Origin: Sedimentisphaera cyanobacteriorum | GTDB taxonomy: Bacteria; Planctomycetota; Phycisphaerae; Sedimentisphaerales; Sedimentisphaeraceae | Direction: 5' to 3' | NCBI RefSeq assembly: GCF_001997385.1 | Contig: NZ_CP019633.1 | Span: 1,440,001 to 1,472,000, forward strand | Length of the DNA: 32,000 nt | Part shown: positions 7,816 through 18,210 of the stretch, piece by piece | How the letters are laid out: every line of letters starts with the position of its first letter | How positions within the stretch are numbered: position 1 is the stretch's first letter | The notes under the pieces: generated by a model | Told to the model about the DNA's origin: nothing | Seen by the model: only the letters and a program-made list of their open reading frames with translations | The model's database searches: none | Position numbers and translations under genes: made by a program

Positions 7816-9243
7816 ATGGCAGAAAAAGTAATAAAAAAACCGGCCTCAATGTACGATGTATTTGAGCGTAAAGGCGGAGCAGCGCCCACAGCAACGCATT
7901 ACTGCTCGGGCTGCGGACACGGAATCATACACAAACTGATCGCTGAGGCGATCTCCGATTTCGGCGTTCAGGAACGGACGGTAATGATCAGCCCTGTCGG
8001 CTGTTCAGTTTTCGCATATTACTACTTTGATACGGGCAATCTGCAAGTGGCTCACGGACGTGCGCCTGCGGTTGGTACAGGCGTATCACGGGCGCAGGAT
8101 GATGCGGTTGTGATATCGTATCAGGGCGACGGGGACTTGGCCTCCATCGGGCTGAACGAGACTATGCAGGCAGCGAACCGCGGAGAAAAGCTCGCTGTGT
8201 TCTTCGTGAACAACACGGTTTACGGAATGACCGGCGGACAGATGGCACCAACCACGCTTGTCGGCGAGCAGACTGTAACCTGCCCTGAAGGAAGAGATTC
8301 AAGAGACGCAGGTTATCCGCTAAAGATGAGCGAGATAATCAGCAATTTGAATGCCCCTGTGTTCATTGAGCGGGTATCAGTTTCGAATATCAAAAAAATC
8401 CGAAAGGCAAGAAAGGCTATAAGAAAAGCTATTGGAATCCAGCGGGACGGAAAGGGCTATGCCTTTGTTGAGATACTTTCAAACTGCCCTACCAATCTTC
8501 GGCAGGATGCTCAGTCGAGTATGAAATTTGTGGATGAGCAGATGGAGAAGGTATTCCCGCTCGGCTGCTTCAGGGATAAAATCGAGCAGACTGAGCGTCT
8601 GGGGCGTGAGCAAAGCTGCTTCGATAAATCCGCTATAGACGGCCTTTTCAACCTCCAAACGGAAAACGCCCCTAACCCCTCAGACGACAGCAGCTTCAAA
8701 GGCTTCGGACTGAAGATAGCAGGCTTCGGAGGACAGGGCGTACTCAGCATGGGAGTGATGGCGGCAAGGGCTGCCTGCGCAGATGGAAGGCACGTATCTT
8801 GGTTCCCTTCATACGGCCCCGAGCAGAGAGGCGGAACAGCCAACTGCTCAGTTGTAGCAGCGGGAAGGGCTGTCGGTTCGCCTGTGGTTTATCATCCCGA
8901 TATACTCGTAGCGATGAATAAGCCATCGCTAGAGAGATTTGCAGCAGATGTGCGTGATGGGGCATACATCTTATACGATTCTACTGCCGAAGGCTCAAAG
9001 CTTCCGGAAAATGCAAAGGCAGTTGCTGTGCCCGCAATTAAAACAGCCGAACAGATGGGCAGCGCAAAAGCAGCCAATTCCTTTATGCTCGGTGTTATGA
9101 TAGAGATATGCGACACGGGAATCGCTCCTGAAAAATACGAACAGGCCGTAAAAGACAGCTTTTCAGGCAAAGAGAAGCTGATAGATTTGAACATAAAAAT
9201 TTTCAACCGTGCCAGAGAATGGGCGAGAGAAAATTCGCTCTAA
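7816..9243 (+). CDS. 2-oxoacid:ferredoxin oxidoreductase, fused beta (TPP-binding) and gamma subunits
   Basis: N-terminal half: [10 protein letters not shown]...GDGD...[11 protein letters not shown] (TPP/beta). C-terminal half from about aa 315: [15 protein letters not shown]...[15 protein letters not shown] (gamma). Start moved to ATG 7816 (GAAGGTG SD) from the ORF-track 7786. Confidence 0.88.
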   Translation: MAEKVIKKPASMYDVFERKGGAAPTATHYCSGCGHGIIHKLIAEAISDFGVQERTVMISPVGCSVFAYYYFDTGNLQVAHGRAPAVGTGVSRAQDDAVVISYQGDGDLASIGLNETMQAANRGEKLAVFFVNNTVYGMTGGQMAPTTLVGEQTVTCPEGRDSRDAGYPLKMSEIISNLNAPVFIERVSVSNIKKIRKARKAIRKAIGIQRDGKGYAFVEILSNCPTNLRQDAQSSMKFVDEQMEKVFPLGCFRDKIEQTERLGREQSCFDKSAIDGLFNLQTENAPNPSDDSSFKGFGLKIAGFGGQGVLSMGVMAARAACADGRHVSWFPSYGPEQRGGTANCSVVAAGRAVGSPVVYHPDILVAMNKPSLERFAADVRDGAYILYDSTAEGSKLPENAKAVAVPAIKTAEQMGSAKAANSFMLGVMIEICDTGIAPEKYEQAVKDSFSGKEKLIDLNIKIFNRAREWARENSL

Positions 9244-9250
9244 GCTGAAA

Positions 9251-10144
9251 TCAGTCTGCCGGCTTTTGCCTTGAATTGAGGATAAGGCTCGCAGCGAGAA
9301 GGGCTGTGCCGAGGCCGAGACGAACAATACTTTCCGCACTTTCGGTTTTATACTCGCCAAAGAAGAATAGAGAAACCGCCACTGCCAAAGGCATCTTGAG
9401 GTTGTTGGAGATCGCTGCGTTTGTGATATTTGCAATCCGAACGCCCTTATTCCAGAGAAAGAAGCAAAGGCCGGATGCGATTACTCCGAGATACAGAAGC
9501 GCCGCCCACTGACTTACGCTTATCTGAGCTACCTGAGGAAGACTGCCCCGCAGAAGAACCGCTGTAAACGTTATGGCTGCTGCTCCCCCGTAAGCGGCGG
9601 CAAAAATCTCCCTGTCTTTAACTTCAGTCGATTTCAGAAGCTTTCTGTAGAGCACCTGCCCGCCGGCAAAGCAGATGTTCGAGAGCTGCACAAGAAAAAA
9701 GCCCTTTTGAGCCTCAAACACGCTCAGGCTTTCCCAAGTTACCAGAGCTGAGGCAAATACCGCCATTATCACAAACAGATACGGACGAGGGGCAAATCGG
9801 CGATTAATAAAATCGTTTATAATCTCCACATACAGCGGGGTGAAAATAGTCATAGCGGCAATCTGATATGCCTTGAGATACTGAAACGAATATATGTATG
9901 CAATATACATAAGTCCAAACTGCAAAGCCCCAATAAGAAAAACCTTCAGGCTCACCTGCGGGGCTGTCTTCTTGAGCCTCAGGAACGGGAGAAAAACAGC
10001 AGCCGAAAGAACGAGGCGCAGAAAGGCCACTAAGGCCGGATCCAGACTGGACATATTCGTTTTGATAAGGCCGAATGAAAAAGACCAGATTAAAGATACT
10101 GCAATCAGATAAATCATAAATAAAGAGTTAAAAAAGGCCGGCAT
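9251..10144 (-). CDS. EamA/DMT-superfamily transporter
   Basis: About 10 TM helices and two EamA-like halves. The start may be the downstream Met (MIYLIAV...), because the annotated ATG sits in a terminator loop. Confidence 0.75.
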   Translation of the reverse strand: MPAFFNSLFMIYLIAVSLIWSFSFGLIKTNMSSLDPALVAFLRLVLSAAVFLPFLRLKKTAPQVSLKVFLIGALQFGLMYIAYIYSFQYLKAYQIAAMTIFTPLYVEIINDFINRRFAPRPYLFVIMAVFASALVTWESLSVFEAQKGFFLVQLSNICFAGGQVLYRKLLKSTEVKDREIFAAAYGGAAAITFTAVLLRGSLPQVAQISVSQWAALLYLGVIASGLCFFLWNKGVRIANITNAAISNNLKMPLAVAVSLFFFGEYKTESAESIVRLGLGTALLAASLILNSRQKPAD

Positions 10145-10152
10145 TGCCGGCC
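10130..10152 (-). terminator. Rho-independent terminator of galM, overlapping the EamA start codon
   Basis: Minus-strand GGCCGGC aat GCCGGCC followed by TTTTTT. The plus-strand stems are at 10136-10142 and 10146-10152. Confidence 0.5.
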
Positions 10153-10160
10153 GTTAAAGA

Positions 10161-11210
10161 CTATTCAGTGCTGAATGAATACGAAATGCTGTGCTTATAA
10201 ATCTCGCCCTTCTTCAGAACGGGTGAAGCAAAGCTCGGGATGTTTATCGCGTTAGGAAATTTCTGAGGCTCAAGACACAACCCGCAGTGCGGGTTGTAAA
10301 GCGCGCCCTGCTTGCCCTTTAGATTTTCAACGAAATTGGCTGCATAAAACTGCAGACCGGGCTGGTCTGTGTAAACATCCATCTTCCTCCCGGATTTCGG
10401 GTCATAAACACTCGCAGCAAGTCCGTATTCATTTTCGGGCTTGTTCAAAGCGAAATTGTGGTCGAAGCCGCTGGTGTATTCCTTGGCAGCTTCTTCTGCA
10501 TCTTCGCCTATTCGCTTGGGACTGCGGAAATCTAAAAACGTGCCTTCAACCGGCTTGAGCTGCCCTGTGGGAATCATATTTTCATCCACCGGGGTATATT
10601 GGTCTGCTTCGATTTTGAGGTTATGGTCGTAAATCTTTCCGGAATTATGTCCTGCAAGATTGAAATAGCTGTGGTGGGTAAGGTTTACGATTGTTGTTTT
10701 ATCGCAAGAGGCATTGAAATCAATCTTCAGCTCATTTGAGCCTGTGAGAGAGTAAACCGCCTCCACATTCATCTCGCCCGGGTAGTTCTCCTCCCCGTCG
10801 GGGCTGGTGTAAGTAAGCTTGAGGCAGGCGGAATCGCCGCTGGTATAGCCCTCAGCGTCCCATATCTTCATATTAAAGCCCTCTTCTCCCCCGTGAAGGG
10901 CGTTCGGGCCATTATTAACCGCAAGCTGATACTCACTGCCCTCAAGGGTAAACTTTCCTCCGGCAATTCTGTTTGCTGCGCGGCCGATATTCGCCCCGAA
11001 ATACGGAGAGTCTGTGAGATACTGCTCAAGATTACCAAAACCGAGAACAATATCATCAAGCTTGCCGTTCTTATCGGGCATATAAAGCGAAACAAGCGTT
11101 CCGCCGAGAGTGATTATTTCAGCTTTAGCTCCGCTGTCGTTAGTGAGCGTGTAGAGCTCAACGGGCTTTCCTTGAACTTTGCCGAATTCTTTACTGCTTA
11201 CCTGCGGCAT
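10161..11210 (-). CDS. galM: Aldose 1-epimerase (galactose mutarotase)
   Basis: GRAANRIAGGKFTLEG..Y.L..NNGPNALHGG, NLTHHSYFNL, FDHNF and CLEPQ.FPNA motifs of the GalM family. Confidence 0.9.
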   Translation of the reverse strand: MPQVSSKEFGKVQGKPVELYTLTNDSGAKAEIITLGGTLVSLYMPDKNGKLDDIVLGFGNLEQYLTDSPYFGANIGRAANRIAGGKFTLEGSEYQLAVNNGPNALHGGEEGFNMKIWDAEGYTSGDSACLKLTYTSPDGEENYPGEMNVEAVYSLTGSNELKIDFNASCDKTTIVNLTHHSYFNLAGHNSGKIYDHNLKIEADQYTPVDENMIPTGQLKPVEGTFLDFRSPKRIGEDAEEAAKEYTSGFDHNFALNKPENEYGLAASVYDPKSGRKMDVYTDQPGLQFYAANFVENLKGKQGALYNPHCGLCLEPQKFPNAINIPSFASPVLKKGEIYKHSISYSFSTE

Positions 11211-11224
11211 TTTCCATTCCTCTA

Positions 11225-12091
11225 TTAAACTTTCTGATAACCGTTATTCCTGTAACCGTCCATAAGTATGATTATCTTCCGGTAGATCTCATCCGGAAGC
11301 GTTTTTTTGAGTATGCTTTTTGCCTCGCCAATGTTTGTCCTCTGGGAGAAGTGGGTTAGGATTATGGTTTTGCACTCGAGCGGAGCGAGCATATCTTCAA
11401 GCTCAGAGATGTGTATATGCTTTCCTGCCTTTGCCCTTTCCAGATGGTCGTGCTCGAAGAAGGTGCATTCAGTTATGAAAACCTCACTTTTTCGCACCAG
11501 CTCAATCGAGGAATAGTCTGAATAGGCGGTATCGCCGGTATAGCTCACAAGCGGTATCTCAAGCTGGTAGGTAATCTCTGTGCCCTTTTTCTTGAGCTCC
11601 ACAATCTCCGGAGAGCTGAGCCCGAGATATTCTTCTTTGAGTTTTTGTCTAACCTCAACGACGGTATAGCCGTATGAATCCCGATTGTGGCGCGTTTTGA
11701 ACGGCACAACATAAAGCCTCGGTTTGATGGGGTAGTACTGCCCTGCCTGAACTTTGATGAAATTTGCCTCTATGCGGCTTCCGTCCAGCTCAGACCAAAT
11801 CTGAGCAAGCTGCTTGAGCTTGTCTATAACAGAGCTCTCGGCGAACACAGTGCCCGGGGTTTGGTCTGAAAACTGCCTGTGTGAGAGGTAGTAGGCAATG
11901 CCTGCTGAATGGTCTATATGACCGTGTGTAAGCAGGAGGTTGTCTATAGGGATAATGTGTTCGGGAGCTTTTCCCGCATCAAAACAAACACCCAGCTCAG
12001 GTACTGCAACAACCGATTCTTCCCCAGCCACCGAATAGCCGAAAATATTGTATTTATCGGTCTTTACTGTACTGAGCTTATGGCTTGGCAT
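11225..12091 (-). CDS. MBL-fold metallo-hydrolase (RNase Z/BN-like)
   Basis: LLLTHGHIDHSAG (HxHxDH motif). A C-terminal LTHFSQR motif resembles RNase Z-type proteins. Lies 14 nt upstream of galM on the same strand. Confidence 0.75.
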   Translation of the reverse strand: MPSHKLSTVKTDKYNIFGYSVAGEESVVAVPELGVCFDAGKAPEHIIPIDNLLLTHGHIDHSAGIAYYLSHRQFSDQTPGTVFAESSVIDKLKQLAQIWSELDGSRIEANFIKVQAGQYYPIKPRLYVVPFKTRHNRDSYGYTVVEVRQKLKEEYLGLSSPEIVELKKKGTEITYQLEIPLVSYTGDTAYSDYSSIELVRKSEVFITECTFFEHDHLERAKAGKHIHISELEDMLAPLECKTIILTHFSQRTNIGEAKSILKKTLPDEIYRKIIILMDGYRNNGYQKV

Positions 12092-12180
12092 AATGGTATC
12101 CGTAAATAAATTTTCAAAAAGAGCCCCTCTGCCCGCCTTAGAAACGGGGTTGAAGAATTAAATTTATCCGCTGTTTGAGT

Positions 12181-13485
12181 TCAGTCTTTCTCCCTGTCGG
12201 ATGAGCCTTGCTCTGAATCACTGCCGGTTTTGGGCTCCCATATTTCGAATACCTGAGAGAAATGCACAACCACTTTTGACGTAGCAGGGTCTGCAATTAT
12301 CTCGCCCTTGAAGCCAACCATTTCTCCAAGCATATCCATAGCTCTGGCTTTAACTGTGCTGTTTGCAGGCTCTGCGTATGCCTTGATAGAGCCGCTGCGA
12401 TCCTTCACAGCGAATCGGAAATCCCTTTCTTCGCCCGTATAAACATAGCTTTCTGCAAGCACGCCTGTATAGGCGTAGCCCTCTTCGCGGGTGATTTGGT
12501 TTTCCTTCCGGCTGTATTTTTTCCTTATTTCGCTGCGTCTTCTTGCAAGCTCTGAATCCTGATCTCTAAGCAGCTCATCAGCAAGCTTTGCTGCTTCATA
12601 GCGGTTCACTTCGCTAAGCAGAGCCTCTGCGTAAACTGCCGCCCTTCCGGCTTCTGGAGCCTCAATAATCTCAGCGAGCTTTTTCTTAATCGGCTTATAA
12701 TCCTGCACCTCAAGCGGCTTGTCTTTTTCCTTAGACACAAGTTCTGCGCAGCGAAGATAATTTTGGTATGCCTGCTTGCGTTTTTCCGCCTGCTCCGGTG
12801 TAATCTCGGGCTTATCAGGCTCTGAGTCCGTCTTTGCCTGCTGAGCTTCTGAATTTTCTTTACTGCCAGCCTGAGCTTCATCCTCTTTCACCTCGGATGC
12901 GCCTTGTTCACTGTCGTATTCAGCGGAGCTTCTCTGCTGGTTTTCTGATGATTCATCCGCCTGCCGGCTTTGCTCTTCACTCTTTTCTTCAGAGCTCTCC
13001 TGCTTTTCTGCTGATTCTGCAGGTTCGAGGTATGCGCTGTTAATCCAGTATGATGCGCCTCTGGGCGGCCTGATTTTGTAGTAGTCGCCGTCTATTCCAA
13101 TGATTTGAACTTCCGCCCCGCTGCTGAGCTTAAGCTGGCGGGTTGTTGAATGCACGGGTGAAGCGTAAGGCGAGCCTGCCCATACGTTCACATTGCTCGC
13201 TTCTACAACACCGCTTCCCGAATCGCTCTTTTTGACATACTGCTTTGCGATGAGGGAATAGCAGGTATCCAGCGGCTGAATTCGGGACCAACCGAACCGC
13301 TCTGCTGTTACTGTTACTTCCTCCGGCGATGACACCCTCGCGCATCGGTAGTAGTTCATCCCCGCACCGGAACGCACAAATACATTTTCGCCGGCAACTT
13401 TTGCCTTATAAGGAAAATCGTGACCTGTGGCCATAACGGCCGCAGAAACGAAAATAAGTGCAGCGAGAAAACTTAATTGCCTCAT
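12181..13485 (-). CDS. Secreted SH3b-domain protein with a hyperacidic low-complexity linker
   Basis: Signal peptide MRQLSFLAALIFVSAAVMA. Two SH3b-like segments (VFVRSGAGMNYY...; VNVWAGSP...YYKIRPP..ASYWINSAYL). An E/S/Q-rich stretch of about 90 aa, then a coiled-coil-like region. Confidence 0.6.
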   Translation of the reverse strand: MRQLSFLAALIFVSAAVMATGHDFPYKAKVAGENVFVRSGAGMNYYRCARVSSPEEVTVTAERFGWSRIQPLDTCYSLIAKQYVKKSDSGSGVVEASNVNVWAGSPYASPVHSTTRQLKLSSGAEVQIIGIDGDYYKIRPPRGASYWINSAYLEPAESAEKQESSEEKSEEQSRQADESSENQQRSSAEYDSEQGASEVKEDEAQAGSKENSEAQQAKTDSEPDKPEITPEQAEKRKQAYQNYLRCAELVSKEKDKPLEVQDYKPIKKKLAEIIEAPEAGRAAVYAEALLSEVNRYEAAKLADELLRDQDSELARRRSEIRKKYSRKENQITREEGYAYTGVLAESYVYTGEERDFRFAVKDRSGSIKAYAEPANSTVKARAMDMLGEMVGFKGEIIADPATSKVVVHFSQVFEIWEPKTGSDSEQGSSDREKD

Positions 13486-13648
13486 TTTTTCGTCTCCAGT
13501 TATATATAAGTTCTATAAACTATCCACGCCCGTCTGCTGGACACAGAAACTGCAAATCACAATACAGACAGGACTTAAGGGTAACACGAAGCTTACAGTT
13601 GTCAAATCTTTTTCTCTCAAACGAAGCTCTCAGGCCGTGAGGGAAAGC

Positions 13649-14212
13649 TTATTCCGAGCGGCTGCTGATAATCTCGCTTGTAAACAGATACACCTTCGTA
13701 TCTTTGTCTTTCCAAGCATCAGCAGGCAGGCCGGCCTTATGGGAGCAGCAGTATGAGAGGAACTGCTCTTTGTTCCATCCGGTTTCGTTTATTACCTGCG
13801 GGAGAAAACATCCTGAGGCGAAGCCTTTTTGAATGTAGATTCCGTCTATCCCTGGCCTTAGTGAGAGGGGGTCTTGAGTTTCTTTCAGCTCTGAGAGCAC
13901 GCTCACTTCAATCTCAAGCTCGGGCAGGTCTGAGGATTTGAGCCTTCTGCCTGCAAATCTCGGGTCAGAGCTTACGCTCGATCTAGCCATACTGCACACT
14001 GTCTTGTAGAGGGGCTCTTGAGAGGTGAAACAGCCTATGCAGCCCCTGAGTTCTCCGCTGGTTTTCAGCGTAACAAAACAGCCTCTGCGAGCTGACAGCT
14101 CTGATTCTTCGGGCTTTTCGGGGGTAAAGGGTCTTCCTGCAATCTCCGATGCTGCTGCATTTTCTGCAAGCTCAATAATCTTTTGTCTACTCTTTTCTTC
14201 CATTTTCGCCAC
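13649..14212 (-). CDS. AMMECR1-domain protein (AmmeMemoRadiSam system protein A type)
   Basis: RRGCFVTLKTSGELRGCIGCF is the AMMECR1 signature. The likely true start is ATG 14203 (GGTGG SD) rather than GTG 14212. Confidence 0.85.
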   Translation of the reverse strand: MAKMEEKSRQKIIELAENAAASEIAGRPFTPEKPEESELSARRGCFVTLKTSGELRGCIGCFTSQEPLYKTVCSMARSSVSSDPRFAGRRLKSSDLPELEIEVSVLSELKETQDPLSLRPGIDGIYIQKGFASGCFLPQVINETGWNKEQFLSYCCSHKAGLPADAWKDKDTKVYLFTSEIISSRSE

Positions 14213-14218
14213 CTAATA

Positions 14219-14479
14219 TTAAACACCAATCTCCCTTACAATTATAGCATCTGATGCGCCTCTTCCAAGAGCAGTTTTTGTTCCTTTGATTTCTAAAAGC
14301 AGCGGCCCTGCCGAGCTGTTCTGCAGCACCTTTATTGCCGTACCCGGAACAACGCCCATCTCCGAGAGCCGTCTCTGGAGTCTGTGGCCGGAGCTGATAG
14401 AGCTTACTATGACCGTTTTGCCGGCTTTTATATTCAGAAGAGTTTTCTTATTGTTCATTTCCGAATTCCTGTTAATCAA
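14219..14479 (-). CDS. feoA: FeoA-domain protein (stand-alone)
   Basis: LLNIKAGKTVIVSSI...LQRRLSEMGVVPGTAIKVLQNSSAGPLLLEIKGTKTALGRGASDAIIV matches the SH3-like FeoA domain. No feoB in the window. Confidence 0.8.
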   Translation of the reverse strand: MINRNSEMNNKKTLLNIKAGKTVIVSSISSGHRLQRRLSEMGVVPGTAIKVLQNSSAGPLLLEIKGTKTALGRGASDAIIVREIGV

Positions 14480-14550
14480 CGGGCGAGAAATATAAGCGCC
14501 TGCAAAACAAATACAAGCTAAAAATAGCCGCTTGAAGCCTCAAAAATGGC

Positions 14551-14586
14551 AAAACAAAATAAGCGGCTCCGTTTCCAGAGCCGCCT
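14551..14586 (-). terminator. Rho-independent terminator of pflB
   Basis: Minus-strand GCGGCTCT ggaaac GGAGCCGC followed by ttattttgtttt, starting about 15 nt after the pflB stop. Confidence 0.65.
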
Positions 14587-14598
14587 ATAAAAGGATTC

Positions 14599-16830
14599 TT
14601 AAATCTTATCGTGGAAAGTCCTTGCCAGAACCTCTTCCTGCTGAGCCCGTGAAAGGCGGTTGAAGTTCACAGCATATCCGGAAACTCTTATGGTAAGGTT
14701 CGGATATTTGCCGGGATTTTCCATGGCGTCTTCAAGCCGCTCTCTGTTGAGCACGTTTACGTTCATATGATGGCCGTACTGCTTGAAGTATCCGCCGATA
14801 ATGTTGACGAGATTCGAGATTCTCTCATCCTCCTCAGCTCCGAGCCCCTGCGGGGTAACGCTGAATGTGCAGGAGATGCCGTCGAGGCAGGCCTCATAGG
14901 GCAGCTTGGCAACAGAATTCAGCGATGCAAGAGCCCCCTGGCTGTCTCTGTTGTGCATTGGGTTTGCCCCCGGGGCGAACGGCTCGCCTTCTTTCCTGCC
15001 GTCCGGCGTGGAGCCGGTTTTCTTACCGTAAACCACATTCGAAGTGATTGTGAGTATTGAGAGCGTTGGCTTTGCATCACGGTAGGTTTCATGCTTGCAG
15101 AGGCGGTTGTAAAATCCTTCGACTATCTGCTCTGCGATAGCATCCACGCGGTCGTCATCATTGCCGAATTTGGGGAAATCGCCTTTGATTTCGAAGTCCC
15201 TAATGAGCCCTTTCTCATCTTGAACCGCTCTAACCTCAGCGTGTTTGATTGCGCTGAGCGAATCAGCAATAACGCTCATACCGGCTATCCCGAACGCCAT
15301 AAACCGCTCTGCATAAGTATCATGCAGCGCTAACTGGAGCTTTTCGTATGCGTATTTATCGTGCATATAATGAATCACGTTCATTGTATTTACATACAGC
15401 TCGCAGAGCCAGTCCATATAGCTGAGGAATTTCTGCATAACCTCATCATAATTTAGGATATCGCCTTCAATCGCCTCGCTCTCCGGTGCAACATAATCGC
15501 CTGTAATCTCATTGCGTCCACCGTTTATAGCGCAGAGCAGAACCTTTGGAAGATTCGCCCTTGCACCGAAAAACTGCATCTGCTTGCCGATTTTCATCGC
15601 AGAAACGCAGCAGGCTATGCCGTAGTCATCACCGAACTCCCTTCTCATAAGGTCGTCGTTTTCGTACTGGATGGAATCTGTGTCCACAGATATCCTTGCG
15701 CAGAACTTCCTGAACTCTTCGGGGAGCTTGTCAGACCAGAGCACAGTAAGGTTCGGCTCGGGCGATGGATTCAGATTGTTGAGCGTGTTGAGTATGCGGA
15801 AGCTGCTCTTTGTAACCAGCGTTCTGCCGTCTTCTCCCATACCGCCTACCGCCTCGGTAACCCAAGTTGGATCGCCGGCGAAGAGCTCGTTGTATTCAGG
15901 CGTTCTGAGCTGTCGTGCAAGCCTGAGCTTGAGGACGAAATCATCAATCAGCTCCTGAGCCCCGCTTTCATCAAGCAGGCCTTTTGCTATATCCCGTTCG
16001 ATGTATATATCGAAGAATGTACTCGTGCGACCGAGGCTCATAGCAGCACCGTTCTGCTCCTTGATAGCCCCGAGGTAAGCGAAATACGTCCACTGAATTG
16101 CCTCTCTTGCGTTTCTTGCGGGTCTATTGATATCAAATCCGTAAGATTTTGCCATCTGGCCAAGCTTTTGGAGGAAATCAACCTGCTTGAAAAGCTCCTC
16201 GAGCAGGCGGATTCTCTGCTCAGTCATCGGTCCTTCGCCGATTTGATCTTTGTCTTTGAGCTTCTCGTTCATAAGGAATTCAAGGCCGTATAGGGCAATT
16301 CTTCTGTAATCACCTATGATTCTGCCTCTTCCGTATGCATCGGGAAGCCCAGTAATCAGCCCGCTTCTGCGAACTGTACGCATCTGTTTTGTGTAAACAC
16401 GAAATACCCCGTCGTTGTGGGTAGTGCGGTAGTTGTTGAAGATATCCTCAAGCTTATCACTGAGCTCGTAGCCGTAGGCCTCGCAAGCCTGCTGTGCCAT
16501 ACGAATCCCGCCAAACGGGTTTACCCCCCTTTTCAGGGGCGCATCAGTTTGGAGGCCGTATATAAGCTCTTTATTTTTATCGATATACCCCGGCGGGTAC
16601 GCCGCAATGCTCGATGCCCTTTCAGTGTCGATATCCAAAACACCGCCTCTTTCCTGCTCGAGCCTCTGAAGCTCTTCGACCTGATTAAGCAGGTCTTTAG
16701 TTCGCGGCGTTGGCTCTGCGAGGAAACTGCTGCCGTCTTTGTAGGGAGTGTAGTTGCACTGGATAAAATCCCGCACATCTATCTGCGATTTCCATCTTTC
16801 TCCCTTAAAACCTTCCCAGGCTTCTCTCAT
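14599..16830 (-). CDS. pflB: Formate C-acetyltransferase (pyruvate formate-lyase, glycyl radical enzyme)
   Basis: Catalytic [12 protein letters not shown] (Cys-Cys) and C-terminal glycyl-radical motif [11 protein letters not shown]. Start set at ATG 16830 (AGGAG SD 8 nt upstream) instead of the ORF-track 16854. Confidence 0.95.
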   Translation of the reverse strand: MREAWEGFKGERWKSQIDVRDFIQCNYTPYKDGSSFLAEPTPRTKDLLNQVEELQRLEQERGGVLDIDTERASSIAAYPPGYIDKNKELIYGLQTDAPLKRGVNPFGGIRMAQQACEAYGYELSDKLEDIFNNYRTTHNDGVFRVYTKQMRTVRRSGLITGLPDAYGRGRIIGDYRRIALYGLEFLMNEKLKDKDQIGEGPMTEQRIRLLEELFKQVDFLQKLGQMAKSYGFDINRPARNAREAIQWTYFAYLGAIKEQNGAAMSLGRTSTFFDIYIERDIAKGLLDESGAQELIDDFVLKLRLARQLRTPEYNELFAGDPTWVTEAVGGMGEDGRTLVTKSSFRILNTLNNLNPSPEPNLTVLWSDKLPEEFRKFCARISVDTDSIQYENDDLMRREFGDDYGIACCVSAMKIGKQMQFFGARANLPKVLLCAINGGRNEITGDYVAPESEAIEGDILNYDEVMQKFLSYMDWLCELYVNTMNVIHYMHDKYAYEKLQLALHDTYAERFMAFGIAGMSVIADSLSAIKHAEVRAVQDEKGLIRDFEIKGDFPKFGNDDDRVDAIAEQIVEGFYNRLCKHETYRDAKPTLSILTITSNVVYGKKTGSTPDGRKEGEPFAPGANPMHNRDSQGALASLNSVAKLPYEACLDGISCTFSVTPQGLGAEEDERISNLVNIIGGYFKQYGHHMNVNVLNRERLEDAMENPGKYPNLTIRVSGYAVNFNRLSRAQQEEVLARTFHDKI

Positions 16831-16950
16831 AATTATACTCCTTCGGTTAAACAATATTAATGAACGACTGTCACTTCAGCGCATAGTCCAAGCCTTTGCT
16901 CTTTGAAGCATACGCTTAAGGGATTGAGCCTGATTAAACTCTGTCAAAAC

Positions 16951-16974
16951 ATTCCCCGGCTTTTACCGGGGAAT
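16951..16974 (-). terminator. Terminator hairpin after nifS (nifUS operon end)
   Basis: Perfect 9-bp stem ATTCCCCGG / CCGGGGAAT with a 6-nt loop. T-rich on both sides, so it may work in both directions. Confidence 0.55.
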
Positions 16975-16990
16975 AATAATTTTTAATTTC

Positions 16991-18154
16991 CTATTTCTGC
17001 CGCCTGCCGAAAGGCGAAAGCTCTCTGAGCCTTTTAATAACAGGCGGCATAACTTCAATAACTTTATCGATTTCGTTTTCGTTGTTGTATATGCTGAGGC
17101 TGAATCTTATTGATCCGTGGGCGGCTGTAAAGGGCACACCCATAGCCCTTAGCACGTGGCTGGGTTCCAGAGACCCGCTCGTGCATGCGCTTCCGCTGCT
17201 CGCACAGATTCCGTACTTATCCAGCATAAGCAGAATCGCCTCGCCTTCAATGTATTCGAAACTGATGCTGGTTGTGTTCGGAAGTCTGTTTTCGCTGTCT
17301 CCGTTGACAAAGGCATGCGGGCATTTTTCGAGCAGTCCTGCTTCGAGCTTATCCCGAAGCCTTTTTACCTCAGTATTTTCTTTTTCTATATTCTGTTCAG
17401 CAAGCTGACAGGCCTTTCCAAGCCCGATTATCCCTGCTGTGTTTTCAGTTCCGGCTCGACGGCCGCTTTCCTGATGTCCGCCCTTAATAAAAGGCCTGAG
17501 CATCACGCCCTTGCGGACATATAAAAAGCCAATGCCTTTAGGCCCGTGGAGCTTATGGCCGGAAACGCTCAGGAGGTCTATTTTGCTTTCTGCCATATCA
17601 ACCGGAATCTTACCCACGGCCTGAACGGCGTCTGTATGGAAAACAGCACCCGAATTATGGGCTGTCTCAGCTATTTTCTCCACAGGGAATATCGTTCCGG
17701 TTTCGTTATTAGCCCACATAATCGTAACGAGGGCAGTATCTTCGTCAACCTCTTTCTCGAGCTGGTCGATATCGAGCCTTCCGTTTTCATCAACATCAAT
17801 CTCCACAACATTGTATCCGTGCGGAGCCATAGACCGGGACATCGTAAGCACTGCGGGGTGTTCAACTCTGCTTGTAATAATCTTTCTTCTGTTCGGTGTA
17901 GCGGCGAGAATCCCTCGTATAGCCCAGTTATCGCTTTCTGTACCGCCGGAGGTAAAGGTTATTTCCGAAGGGTCGCAGCCTATAAGCGATGCGCAGCGGT
18001 TTCTTGCCTCTGTTAATTTTCTGCCCACCTGACCGCCGAAGGTGTGCATACTGGACGGATTGCCGTAGTATTCTGTGAAGTACGGCTTCATATCTGCAAA
18101 CACCTCTTCGGCCACTTGGGTTGTGGCGTTATTGTCTAAGTATATAGTATCCAT
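16991..18154 (-). CDS. nifS: Cysteine desulfurase, NifS type
   Basis: PLP-lysine motif SVSGHKLHGPKGIG and catalytic-Cys loop SSGSACTSG. Directly downstream of nifU. Confidence 0.92.
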   Translation of the reverse strand: MDTIYLDNNATTQVAEEVFADMKPYFTEYYGNPSSMHTFGGQVGRKLTEARNRCASLIGCDPSEITFTSGGTESDNWAIRGILAATPNRRKIITSRVEHPAVLTMSRSMAPHGYNVVEIDVDENGRLDIDQLEKEVDEDTALVTIMWANNETGTIFPVEKIAETAHNSGAVFHTDAVQAVGKIPVDMAESKIDLLSVSGHKLHGPKGIGFLYVRKGVMLRPFIKGGHQESGRRAGTENTAGIIGLGKACQLAEQNIEKENTEVKRLRDKLEAGLLEKCPHAFVNGDSENRLPNTTSISFEYIEGEAILLMLDKYGICASSGSACTSGSLEPSHVLRAMGVPFTAAHGSIRFSLSIYNNENEIDKVIEVMPPVIKRLRELSPFGRRQK

Positions 18155-18210
18155 AATGTTTCTCCTATTGCCTGCCTTCGGGAGAGGCTTTCAAAACTCA
18201 AAAATCCGGC

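Noticed and set aside
12606-13043. ORFs 12606-12881 (-) and 12834-13043 (+) inside or antisense to the SH3b protein gene
   Set aside because: They arise in the low-complexity GAA/GAG/AGC-rich acidic linker region, where all frames stay open. They have no independent signals.
13427-13756. 109-aa plus-strand ORF spanning the 13486-13648 intergenic region
   Set aside because: It overlaps the ends of two well-supported minus-strand genes, lacks an SD and has an unremarkable low-complexity translation.
16855-16990. Looked for an FNR/CRP-type box (TTGAT-N4-ATCAA) and a clean -35/-10 promoter upstream of pflB
   Set aside because: Only a partial half-site (TTGAC at about 16942-16946, minus strand) is present, with no matching second half. 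I could not support a regulatory call.
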